From the NCBI GenBank assembly GCA_041641295.1, contig JBEPYO010000001.1:485262-517261 (forward strand): a stretch of 32,000 nucleotides of DNA. Direction: 5' to 3'. A program made the translations under genes and the position numbers. The notes below the pieces were generated by a model. That model was not told the origin of the DNA and did not search any database. It was given only the letters and a program-made list of their open reading frames with translations. Shown here in pieces: positions 24,271 through 32,000 of the stretch (positions are counted from its first letter, which is position 1; each line of letters begins with the position of its first letter). This DNA comes from Nitrososphaerota archaeon (GTDB lineage: Archaea; Thermoproteota; Nitrososphaeria_A; Caldarchaeales; Calditenuaceae).

Positions 24271-25149
24271 CTAGCCCTCAGAGACCCACGCGATAATCTC
24301 CTCCACCGACCTAGCCAGCCTGAACTTTCTCCGGAAGAAGGTGGCTATGTTCTCTATGTCCCGTCTCAGATAGAGCTCGGCGTTGGGATGTGATGGCCCC
24401 ACCCACTGGGGCCAGTCAATTATCACGTGCCGCTCCTCGGGTGTGATGAGTATGTTGTAGTGGCTCAAGTCGCAGTGGATCACACCAGCTTCAAGAGCAG
24501 CTTTAACGGATTTGATTATCTCCCACAGCAGGGTTTCGGGCTCAGATAGCTTATTGACATGGGCCAGCAGCTCACCCTCGATCAGAGAAGTGACGACCAT
24601 GTGTCTGTTACGATATACGGGGGCTGGAACCGGCACTCCCTTAGGATATAGGATGCGGAGCGCCTGTATCTCGCGCTGGGCAGACATCTTCGAGGACGCG
24701 AGATAGTTTGCAGCCTCAAGGCCTACTTCCCGGAAACGCCTATGCTTCTTAATGCTTGTCCTGCCAATCCTGTAGAACTTGACTCCAACGACATTCCCCT
24801 CCCCAGTCCGTCCGATGTAGATGTCTGCCTCCTTCCCAACCCCTATTTTGACGCCTATGTGGGTGAGTATTCCACGCCTAGATGCGCTGTGCAGTGCAAG
24901 CATGTCAAGGCTGGCGAAGTTTAGCAAGTATTCGCGGCCCCTTCCGCGGGGGGACCAGACAAGCCTCCTCCTGTTCAGCTCCCTCAGCATCTTCTCGACA
25001 TAGTCCAAGCCGAGCCTAAGCGACTTGGCGATAGCCTCCGGGGTGGCTACACGCCCTTGGTCAGCCATCCGCTCAATTGTTTCCAGTACCTTGAACTCTA
25101 TCTCTGAGAGGCTTCCAACGAGGCTGGCAATCCGCTTCAGCTCCGTCAT
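24271..25149 (-). CDS. rio2: RIO-type serine protein kinase, Rio2 (N-terminal wHTH)
   Basis: An N-terminal winged helix is followed by GVGKEADIY, LKFYRIGRTS, the catalytic VIHCDLSHYNILI and the metal-binding IIDWPQ. The start lies 3 nt after the ileS stop. Confidence 0.85.
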   Translation of the reverse strand: MTELKRIASLVGSLSEIEFKVLETIERMADQGRVATPEAIAKSLRLGLDYVEKMLRELNRRRLVWSPRGRGREYLLNFASLDMLALHSASRRGILTHIGVKIGVGKEADIYIGRTGEGNVVGVKFYRIGRTSIKKHRRFREVGLEAANYLASSKMSAQREIQALRILYPKGVPVPAPVYRNRHMVVTSLIEGELLAHVNKLSEPETLLWEIIKSVKAALEAGVIHCDLSHYNILITPEERHVIIDWPQWVGPSHPNAELYLRRDIENIATFFRRKFRLARSVEEIIAWVSEG

Positions 25150-25152
25150 CGG

Positions 25153-28100
25153 CTAGGCAATCCTGCCCTCTTCCTCCAGCAATATGGCGACTGTCAGCAT
25201 ACCTTGCTCGAGCGTCCACTCCCGCCTATACGCAGTGCTAGGAATCTCTTTACCAGCACCCAAGCTTATCCTAGTCCTTGTCTCCTCCTCTATGTACTCG
25301 ATCAAAGGCTTAAGACTCTCCTGGAGCGGCTGAGGCTCAATCGAGACCAAGCACGATACCTCCTTGGTAATTTCTAGGTTGAGCTCCTTCCTCATGACCT
25401 GGATCCTCCTTATCACCTCGTTGGCGAGAGATATTGACTTCAACCTCTCATCCTCAGACACGTCTATGTAGACATGCACGAACCGCCCCTCACCCTCAAA
25501 CAAGTGGCTTGGAAGCTCCTCCACAACCTGGAAATCACCCTCGACCAAGTCGAAGACAGAGCCGTCACTTAACATCAGAGTGTAGCGTCCAGTCCTAGTG
25601 ATCTGGTCCAATACCTCACCCACACGCGCCCTAGATAAAGCCTCTGAGACGAGTGGGAGCTTCTTCCCAGCCCTAGGGCCTAGACGCGAGTTTACTGGTA
25701 CGAGCCTCCTGATTATTTCGGCTGGCTTCTGACCAACGTCTAGAACCTCGACAGAGAAGCTGTTGGTCATCCTCTCTATGTAGGATCTCAGGGCCTGGAC
25801 TGATTCCTTGGCGCGCGGAGACTTGGGCGCGATGATTGTACGCCTAAGGGGCCAGCGCAGCTTCCTCCTCGCCTTATTCCTAGCGTTAAGTGTTGCGGCG
25901 ATTACGTCCTCAGCCACCTGCATCTGGTCCTCTATCTCGGGGTTGATGAGGGCTTCGTCAGGCCGTGGCCACTTGTTTAGGCAGACACTGAGGGGGTCGT
26001 TCTCGGTCTTGAGCCGCTGGTATAGATACTCTGAGATGTAGGGGGCGAAGACGGATAGGACTGGCAGGAGTTTTCTCAGGACGTAGTGTAGTGTCGCGTA
26101 GGCGGCTATCTTCGATGGAGTCCTCTCCTCAATCCAGAACCTCCTCCTGACAGCGCGGACATATGTCCTGCTCAGATCCTCCACTATGAAGTTTAAGAGA
26201 CTTCTCGCCGCCTCATGAATCTCAAACCTCTCAATATTGGAGGTCACATACTTTATCAGCGTGTTTATCCTCGAGAGAATCCACCTGTCCTCAGGCTCCG
26301 CGTAGTTCAGCATAGCCCAGACGGTCTCCTTCTCCGGATCATACCTGTCCAAGTCAAAGTACGTCTTCGCAAATGAGACCACGTTCCACAGAATGTTAAG
26401 GGCTTGGTTGACTTGTTTAACTTCGTCCGGGTCGAAGTTTATTGTCTCCCAGCTCTGGGCCTTGCTTACTAGATAGAGCCTGACGTTATCCACACCCCAG
26501 TTATCCATCGCCTCCGTGGCCCAGAGCACGTTACCCCTGCTCTTTGACATCTTTTTCCCAAACTTGTCTAGGACGAAGTTCTGGCTTAGGACTGTCTTGT
26601 AGGGGGCTTTCCCGAACATCAGTGCTGATGTGAAGAGGAGGGTGTAGAACCAGCCCCTTGTCTGGTCTATCGCCTCGGTGATGAAATCGTAGGGAAAGAG
26701 CTTCTCGAATAGCCTCTTGTCTCCTAGCCAGTCTACACTCGCAAAATGCGCGACGCCAGAGTCCAGCCATGTATCCAGAACAAAGGGCTCCCTATACATC
26801 TCGCCACCACACTTCTCGCACCTGAATACGACCCTGTCCACCCAGGGCCTATGCATCCTCAGGGGAGTCGGCTTTTTCTCAGCCATCTCAAGCTCAGCCT
26901 TTGAGCCCACGGCCCGCGTGCTGCCGCATTTACTGCAGGTCCATATGTTGAGCGGAGTCCCCCAGACCCTTGTCCTAGATATGCACCAGTCCTCAGCGTT
27001 TTCGAGCCACTCCCCAAACCTGTTCTGCCCAGCCCAAGCCGGATACCACTTGACCTTCGCATTCTCCTCTATCATTAGCCTCTTGATCCTGTCAATCCTC
27101 AGGAACCATTGACGGCTTGTCAGATAGATGAGCGGTGTCCCACACCTCCAGCAGTGGGGGTAGGTGTGGAGTATCCGCCCCTCTTTAAGAAGCAATCCCT
27201 TATCCGCTAACACTCTTATCACCTTGTCAGCTGCATCCCTATACCCGAGACCAGCGAACCTCCCACCCTCCTCCGTGAAGACACCGCTAGTGCTGATTGG
27301 GCAGAATACAGGCAGCCCGTGGCTTTTACCCAGCTCGAAGTCCTCGGGCCCGTGGCCTGGGGCTATGTGGACCAGCCCAGTACCTTCTTCCATAGAGACG
27401 AAATCTGCCGGCAGGACTGTGTGGGCTGGAGGCACGTGGCTTGAATGCGCGTTTACTTCCTCGCCGAGAGGGTGAACATATCTCAGACCCACTAGGCTAG
27501 CACCTGTGAACCTGCTCACGACACTGTATCTTGTTATTCCCGCGTCGGAGCACACCTTTTCCAAGAGCTTCTGGGCAACAATCATCCTGCCAGCATCCGT
27601 CTCAAACTCAACATACTCTTCCTCCGGGTTGACTGCAACAGCCTCATTCGCAACTAGGGTCCAAGGCGTGGTTGTCCATATGACAAGATACCTCCCCCCA
27701 TCGCCTTCAAGTGGGAACTTCACATAGATAGAGTAGTCTTCAACCTCTTCGTATCCCTGCGCCACCTCGTGGGATGAGAGGGGAGTCTCACACCTTGGGC
27801 AGAAGGGTACTACCTTGAAGCTGACGACCAGGTCTCCACTCTCATAACACTTCTTCAACAAGTGCCACACATGCTCCATGTATCTCTCGTTCCGCGTCTG
27901 GTAGGCGGTGTCGTAGTCTAGCCATAGGCCTAGGCGCTCAGAAGCCTTCCTCCACTCATTGATATAATAGTCGACTAGGGCGTTTGCCTCTTCCACGAAC
28001 CTCTCCATCCCAACAGCCTCGATCTCCTTCTTACTGCTGATGCCGAGCCTCTTCTCAACCTCCAGCTCGGTGGGAAGTCCCTGACAGTCCCACCCAGCCC

Positions 28101-28341
28101 TCCGCCAGACATCAAGCCCCTTCATCGTCTGATACCTCAATACGATGTCTTTGTAGACCCGCCCCCTAGCATGGCCTATGTGCATGTAGGAGTTGACGGT
28201 CGGCGGCCCTTCGAGGAAGGAGAAGACAGGGGCGCCACGATTCATGTTCATGTGCTTCTTCGGAATATCATTCTCTGACCAGAACTTGGCTATCTCCTCT
28301 TCAACGCGTCTGAAGTCGTAGCGCGGTGGTAGCGCATACAT
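25153..28341 (-). CDS. ileS: isoleucyl-tRNA synthetase
   Basis: Class I motifs are PPTVNSYMHIGHARG (HIGH) and KMSKSRGN (KMSKS). A CP1 editing region (TTTPWTL) is present, and the 1062-aa length is typical of archaeal IleRS. Confidence 0.9.
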   Translation of the reverse strand: MYALPPRYDFRRVEEEIAKFWSENDIPKKHMNMNRGAPVFSFLEGPPTVNSYMHIGHARGRVYKDIVLRYQTMKGLDVWRRAGWDCQGLPTELEVEKRLGISSKKEIEAVGMERFVEEANALVDYYINEWRKASERLGLWLDYDTAYQTRNERYMEHVWHLLKKCYESGDLVVSFKVVPFCPRCETPLSSHEVAQGYEEVEDYSIYVKFPLEGDGGRYLVIWTTTPWTLVANEAVAVNPEEEYVEFETDAGRMIVAQKLLEKVCSDAGITRYSVVSRFTGASLVGLRYVHPLGEEVNAHSSHVPPAHTVLPADFVSMEEGTGLVHIAPGHGPEDFELGKSHGLPVFCPISTSGVFTEEGGRFAGLGYRDAADKVIRVLADKGLLLKEGRILHTYPHCWRCGTPLIYLTSRQWFLRIDRIKRLMIEENAKVKWYPAWAGQNRFGEWLENAEDWCISRTRVWGTPLNIWTCSKCGSTRAVGSKAELEMAEKKPTPLRMHRPWVDRVVFRCEKCGGEMYREPFVLDTWLDSGVAHFASVDWLGDKRLFEKLFPYDFITEAIDQTRGWFYTLLFTSALMFGKAPYKTVLSQNFVLDKFGKKMSKSRGNVLWATEAMDNWGVDNVRLYLVSKAQSWETINFDPDEVKQVNQALNILWNVVSFAKTYFDLDRYDPEKETVWAMLNYAEPEDRWILSRINTLIKYVTSNIERFEIHEAARSLLNFIVEDLSRTYVRAVRRRFWIEERTPSKIAAYATLHYVLRKLLPVLSVFAPYISEYLYQRLKTENDPLSVCLNKWPRPDEALINPEIEDQMQVAEDVIAATLNARNKARRKLRWPLRRTIIAPKSPRAKESVQALRSYIERMTNSFSVEVLDVGQKPAEIIRRLVPVNSRLGPRAGKKLPLVSEALSRARVGEVLDQITRTGRYTLMLSDGSVFDLVEGDFQVVEELPSHLFEGEGRFVHVYIDVSEDERLKSISLANEVIRRIQVMRKELNLEITKEVSCLVSIEPQPLQESLKPLIEYIEEETRTRISLGAGKEIPSTAYRREWTLEQGMLTVAILLEEEGRIA

Positions 28342-28434
28342 TTCTCAGTCTAAGGGATTGTTGATGAATCTCGATATTTTAGTCTTTTAAAACCCCCGCC
28401 CCTAGCTGGCAGCTATGTAGGTTAACGTGAAACA

Positions 28435-28442
28435 TTTAAAAA
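28435..28442 (+). promoter_or_regulatory. TATA-like box (TTTAAAAA) of the stomatin-NfeD operon
   Basis: It is centred about 29 nt upstream of the ATG at 28468. The TTG at 28456 in the ORF track would lie upstream of the likely transcription start. Confidence 0.4.
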
Positions 28443-28467
28443 CACGGCCCCCGTATTGAGAGGTGAA

Positions 28468-29268
28468 ATGGTGCTAACTCTCCAAGTGGGTGTAGGAACC
28501 ATCATTGGCCTTATACTACTAATCATCATACTGATTATAATCCTAGCTTCAGCGATCAGGGTTGTCAGAGAGTATGAGAGGGCTGTCATCTTCCGTCTCG
28601 GAAGGGTTATAGGGGCGAAAGGCCCGGGCCTAATACTTCTGATACCCATAGTCGACCAGCCCAGAATTATCGATCTCAGGATAATCACATTTGACGTGCC
28701 GCGTCAGCGTATCGTGACTAGGGATAACGTGACTGTGGAGGTTGATGCCGTAGTTTATATGCGGGTGGAGGACCCGCTGGCAGCTGTCCTGAGGGTGAGG
28801 GACTACCAAATTGCAACAAGCCTATTGGCTCAGACGACTTTGAGAGACGTGATAGGCCAAGTCGAGCTTGACGACCTGCTGGCGAGAAGGGATGAGCTCA
28901 GCAAGAAGATACAGATGATTTTGGATGAGGCGACGGAGCCTTGGGGGATTAAGGTGACCAACGTCTCTATCAGGGATGTCGTTCTCCCCGAGTCTATGCA
29001 GAGGGCTATGGCTAGGCAGGCAGAGGCTGAGAGGGAGAAGAGGAGCAGGATCATAATAGCTGAGGGTGAGCTCCTCGCAGCCCAGAAGATGGCGGATGCA
29101 GCCGCAGTCTATGCAACTAATCCCTATGCAATGAGGCTGAGGGAACTCCAGACTTGGGCCGAGATTGCGAGGGAGAAGAACTTGATAATAGTTACCGAGG
29201 GAGGGGGCGCGCTGGGAAGCCTAGTGGGAGTCGCGAGGGGCGTCGCCCAGGAAAGTCCGAAAAAGTAG
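28468..29268 (+). CDS. SPFH/band-7 stomatin-like membrane protein
   Basis: An N-terminal TM helix is followed by IRVVREYERAVIFRLGR, TRDNVTVEVDAVVYMRV and RAMARQAEAEREKRSRII, the prokaryotic stomatin pattern. Confidence 0.9.
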   Translation: MVLTLQVGVGTIIGLILLIIILIIILASAIRVVREYERAVIFRLGRVIGAKGPGLILLIPIVDQPRIIDLRIITFDVPRQRIVTRDNVTVEVDAVVYMRVEDPLAAVLRVRDYQIATSLLAQTTLRDVIGQVELDDLLARRDELSKKIQMILDEATEPWGIKVTNVSIRDVVLPESMQRAMARQAEAEREKRSRIIIAEGELLAAQKMADAAAVYATNPYAMRLRELQTWAEIAREKNLIIVTEGGGALGSLVGVARGVAQESPKK

Positions 29269-29278
29269 CGCTTAGCCC

Positions 29279-30568
29279 TTGAGGACGGCATCAAGGTTAG
29301 CGGTTTCATCTATCCTCCTGCTCTACGTAGCCCTACTGGCACCTCTAGCCGCTGGGCAGGGGGAGATAATGTGGCTCAACATCTCAGGAAACATATCGCC
29401 GGCCACCGCTGAGTACATTACCGCCGCATTAGAGGGCTCCAGTGGATACAGAGCAGTTCTGATAACGATAGACACCTTCGGCGGTTTAGGCGACTCCACC
29501 TTCAAGATAATAGACGCTATGATGGCGTCGCCGACGCCTGTAATAGTCTACGTCTATCCGCCGGGGGGACAGTCCCTCTCTGCTGGGACGTATATTTTGA
29601 TGGCCTCAAGCCTCGCAGCCATGGCTCCCTACACAACCATCGGGTCCGCCCAACCCGTGGTTAACGGGGTTCCATCAAACGACACGAAACTCATCAACTT
29701 TCTCGTAGAGAAGATGAGAAGCATGGCCAGGCTACATGGTAGAAATGAGACACAGGCCGCCCGCTTTGTCACACACAATGATAACCTTGGGCCAGAGGAT
29801 GCTTTGAGGTATGGTGTAATAGAGATAATTGCGGCCGACACCTCGGAGCTGTTGGAGAAGGCCGATGGGGCAGTAGTCAAGACCATCCACGGCGAAGTAG
29901 TCCTCAACACCCGCGGCGCAAGGTTGGTGAAGATTGACCCCGACGTTAGGATTCAGGTGCTTCAGTTTCTGAGCGACCCGCTGGTCTCCGGGCTATTACT
30001 TACCCTCGGCGTCCTGATACTCATAGTTGGCCTCTCCACACCCGGGTTCGGCGCGGAGCTCTTGGGGGGTGTGCTGATTGTTTTAGGGCTCGTGGGGCAG
30101 GGGTTCAACCTGAACTGGGCCGGGCTCGCACTAGTAATCCTAGGCTCGGTACTCATACTCTACGAGTTCTACTCCGGAGGAATAATGGCTGCTATGATAG
30201 GAGGAATCATTTTATTATCACTGGGGCTGATCCTTTTAGTGCGGGCGCCCCCCGGGGTGATTTACGTGTCACAGGAGTGGCTCAATGAGCTTCAAATTGC
30301 CATTGGCCTAGTGGCTGCCTTCGGGGGTGGCATAACAGCCTTCATACTCTACAAGGCGCTCCGGACGGTTAAGCGGAAGTCCTTCGAACTAGTGCCGGTG
30401 GCGAAAGTTGGGCGGTCTGTTGAGGATATTGACGCTGGCAAGATAGGCTACGTAGTCGTTGCTGGAGAGTATAGGAGAGCAAAGGCTCTAAAGCCTGTTA
30501 GGCAGAATCAAACAATAAAAGTTGTTGGTGTTGAGGACAGGATTCTCCTAGTCGAGCCTCTCGAGTAG
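29279..30568 (+). CDS. membrane-bound NfeD / ClpP-class serine protease (stomatin operon partner)
   Basis: It has a signal or TM segment, a ClpP-like domain (IDTFGGLGDS, GGQSLSAGTYILMAS), multiple TM helices and a C-terminal OB-like NfeD domain (GYVVVAGEYRRAKA, IKVVGVEDRILLVEP). Confidence 0.85.
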   Translation: MRTASRLAVSSILLLYVALLAPLAAGQGEIMWLNISGNISPATAEYITAALEGSSGYRAVLITIDTFGGLGDSTFKIIDAMMASPTPVIVYVYPPGGQSLSAGTYILMASSLAAMAPYTTIGSAQPVVNGVPSNDTKLINFLVEKMRSMARLHGRNETQAARFVTHNDNLGPEDALRYGVIEIIAADTSELLEKADGAVVKTIHGEVVLNTRGARLVKIDPDVRIQVLQFLSDPLVSGLLLTLGVLILIVGLSTPGFGAELLGGVLIVLGLVGQGFNLNWAGLALVILGSVLILYEFYSGGIMAAMIGGIILLSLGLILLVRAPPGVIYVSQEWLNELQIAIGLVAAFGGGITAFILYKALRTVKRKSFELVPVAKVGRSVEDIDAGKIGYVVVAGEYRRAKALKPVRQNQTIKVVGVEDRILLVEPLE

Positions 30569-30580
30569 GGTTTTTACTCG
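30562..30580. terminator. hairpin CGAGTA-GGGTTTT-TACTCG with T5 tract between convergent nfeD and ssb
   Basis: The 6-bp inverted repeat is read directly; it spans both stop codons. T5 at 30571-30575 on the plus strand fits archaeal oligo-T termination. Confidence 0.35.
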
Positions 30581-31011
30581 CTACCGAACCTGGTGCGAGG
30601 CCCCCTAGGAGACCAGCCCCGCCGCCTGGCACCCCCAGGCCTCGACGCACCCTGATAGACTGTCTTCTCGGATAGATTGTTCTCAACGTTCACGTTGCCT
30701 AGCTCCTCATCGGTTATCTCGAGCTTACCATATCTCCCCAAGTTCAGCTGCATCTTGCCTCTGAAGACCTTTACAAATGCGTTCGAGATCTTGACTGTGT
30801 CTCCCTCGTTTACCTTGTTTATGTTCTCGTCCCACAGGACTAGCTGTATTGCTCCTGTCTCATCGGCTATGAGCGACTCGGCGAGCTGGTGCTGGCTCTG
30901 GTCATACTGGCTTCCTACTGAGCGGGGCTCACTCTTAGACACTACTTTCGCGACAATGTTTACGTTCCGAGAGTTTGGTGTTAGGTTTTCAATCTTGTCT
31001 ACTCTTTCCAA
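30574..31011 (-). CDS. ssb: crenarchaeal-type single-OB single-stranded DNA-binding protein
   Basis: IENLTPNSRNVNIVAKVV, ESLIADETGAIQLVLWDENI, EGDTVKISNAFVKVFRGKMQLNLG and an RG-rich tail parallel the Sulfolobus SSB layout as I recall it. It has a TTG start with a TTATAT box about 27 nt upstream. Confidence 0.8.
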   Translation of the reverse strand: MERVDKIENLTPNSRNVNIVAKVVSKSEPRSVGSQYDQSQHQLAESLIADETGAIQLVLWDENINKVNEGDTVKISNAFVKVFRGKMQLNLGRYGKLEITDEELGNVNVENNLSEKTVYQGASRPGGARRRGWSPRGPRTRFGSE

Positions 31012-31111
31012 ACCTTTCCAACCACTTTAGGACGAGATATAACGCCGCCCCCGCTATATAAGTGTATCAGGACCCGCCGTCGCGGCTGTAATCAGCGGCT
31101 TATTACCCAGG

Positions 31112-31119
31112 TTAAATAT
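31112..31119 (+). promoter_or_regulatory. TATA-like box (TTAAATAT) of the TenA-family gene pair
   Basis: It is centred about 26 nt upstream of the ATG at 31142, implying a leaderless mRNA. Confidence 0.4.
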
Positions 31120-31141
31120 CTCAGGAGCCAATCCAGCCCCC

Positions 31142-31786
31142 ATGAGAGGGCGAGACCTCATCGAGGCTCTGCGCAGAGAGCTCGAGGCCCTGAACAGACG
31201 TATAGAGCATCATCCATTTCTCACCGATGCGGAGAAGGGGCATCTATCCAGAGACAGGTTGAGACTCTTCGTAGAGAACCAGTACTACATTGTTTATCAC
31301 GATTTGAGGAGTCTGGCTGTTATGGTTAGCAGGGCATCACACCACGACGAGGCTGATTACCTCTCACGCCTCCAGCAGGGAGACCTCACAGCATTCCAAG
31401 CACTACTCAGGCTCGGCGAGGAGTTGGAGGCGCCTTTCAGAGAGTTTAGTGAGTTGAGAGTCATGCCAGGTGCTGTAGCCTATACTCACTATCTCGCTTG
31501 GCTCGCCCTCTATGGTGGAGCTGGTGAGCAGGTGGCTGCGTTGATCGTGAATCTGCCGGTCTGGGGCCGAGCTTGTCAGAGACTTGCAACGGCACTCAGG
31601 AAGAACTATGGGATCAGGTCTACCGAGTTCTTAGATGCCTTCGCCAATCCACCAGGCTGGGTTGAGGAGGAGGGTGGGAGGATTCTGGAGAGATATATGC
31701 CTGGTATCGAGGCGAGGGCTCGTCTTGTCTCTAGGATGATCCAGAGCTATGAGCTCGGCTTCTGGGACTCTATCTATGGTGGGTGA
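31142..31786 (+). CDS. TenA/PqqC (heme-oxygenase-like fold) family protein lacking the TenA catalytic Cys
   Basis: HHPFLTDAEKGHLSRDRLRLFVENQYYIVYHD parallels the TenA N-terminus. The position of the TenA LLPCYW motif reads NLPVWG. Confidence 0.6.
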   Translation: MRGRDLIEALRRELEALNRRIEHHPFLTDAEKGHLSRDRLRLFVENQYYIVYHDLRSLAVMVSRASHHDEADYLSRLQQGDLTAFQALLRLGEELEAPFREFSELRVMPGAVAYTHYLAWLALYGGAGEQVAALIVNLPVWGRACQRLATALRKNYGIRSTEFLDAFANPPGWVEEEGGRILERYMPGIEARARLVSRMIQSYELGFWDSIYGG

Positions 31787-31793
31787 GGGGTAG

Positions 31794-32000
31794 GTGTTGA
31801 GCGGCTTCACCGACCGTTTATGGTCCTCGGTCAGAGACATTTATGAGGCTATTCTGACACACCCGTTCCTAACAGGGCTAACTGATGGAAGCCTAGACTT
31901 GGAGGTCTTCAAGGGATACATAATTCAGGACGCCCTCTATCTCAGTAGGTTCGCCAAGGCGGTTGCACTTGTAGGGGCCAAGGCGCCGGACGACGACGCA
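31794..32000 (+). CDS. tenA: thiaminase II / aminopyrimidine aminohydrolase TenA, N-terminal 69 codons (3' end outside window)
   Basis: This hand-translated open frame from the GTG at 31794 runs to the window edge. It reads LSGFTDRLWSSVRDIYEAILTHPFLTGLTDGSLDLEVFKGYIIQDALYLSRFAKA, a close match to the TenA N-terminal signature. Confidence 0.7.
   Translation, partial: MLSGFTDRLWSSVRDIYEAILTHPFLTGLTDGSLDLEVFKGYIIQDALYLSRFAKAVALVGAKAPDDDA

Noticed and set aside
26531-27062. Two same-strand out-of-frame ORFs (79 and 67 aa) within ileS.
   Set aside because: They lie inside the IleRS catalytic and anticodon-binding region. Their products are Arg/Gly-rich off-frame translations.
28361-28367. TTGATGA resembling a C box of a C/D sRNA in the ileS-stomatin spacer.
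   Set aside because: There is no matching CTGA D box, terminal stem or C'/D' pair within 40-70 nt. The spacer is fully accounted for by two divergent TATA-like promoters.
30498-30686. 62-aa Gly/Arg-rich ORF overlapping the ssb tail in another frame. It was considered as evidence of a frameshifted SSB C-terminus.
   Set aside because: The annotated frame already gives an RG-rich tail continuous with the OB domain. The alternative frame extends into nfeD coding sequence and adds no acidic tip.
1-32000. Searched by eye for CRISPR repeats, IS or transposase or integrase genes, rRNA and tRNA (T-loop GTTCRAATC in intergenic spacers).
   Set aside because: No regularly spaced direct repeats, no recombinase-like ORFs and no tRNA-like T-arm were seen in any spacer. 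A computational scan (tRNAscan, Infernal) would be needed to be certain.

Overview
This window looks like the core chromosome of a moderately GC-rich archaeon with crenarchaeal/TACK features. These include an rpoH-rpoB-rpoA-rpl30e-nusA operon with unsplit rpoB, a single-OB SSB with an RG-rich tail, RadA, and a SoxM-type cytochrome oxidase with fused subunits I+III. AT-rich TATA-like boxes sit about 26-30 nt upstream of many first-gene start codons, implying leaderless or short-leader mRNAs, while internal operon genes overlap by 1-4 nt or carry GGAGGTG-like Shine-Dalgarno sites. I support about 31 protein genes and found no rRNA, tRNA, CRISPR array, IS element or integrase by eye. From left to right the window holds: a truncated acetoacetyl-CoA synthetase; an RHH/PIN-like toxin-antitoxin pair; a Cys-rich wHTH regulator; a terminal oxidase operon (II, I+III, IV-like, plus a micro-ORF). 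Next comes a minus-strand cluster of radA, a degenerate RecA-fold paralog, a 100-aa coiled-coil protein and an exonuclease-dead family-B polymerase, followed by the RNAP operon. After that come IscA, Bcp and an Rdx/SelW-like redox protein; a small Zn-ribbon ORF; a short beta-CASP nuclease; a PyrF-PyrE fusion; a polyprenyl synthase; a nitroreductase; Rio2; IleRS; a stomatin/NfeD pair; SSB; and two tandem TenA-family genes. The best candidate for an undescribed system is the radA / dead-RadA-paralog / small protein / exo-minus PolB operon (5849-10017). It resembles a recombination-coupled or mutasome-like DNA-synthesis module, and the polymerase 5' end has an unresolved start that could be joined to the upstream ORF by a -1 shift. 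Two other unusual points are that RNAP subunits A' and A'' are encoded in one continuous frame and that PyrF and PyrE are fused in the reverse of the UMP-synthase order. All functional calls come from reading motifs in the supplied translations; no database search was possible.
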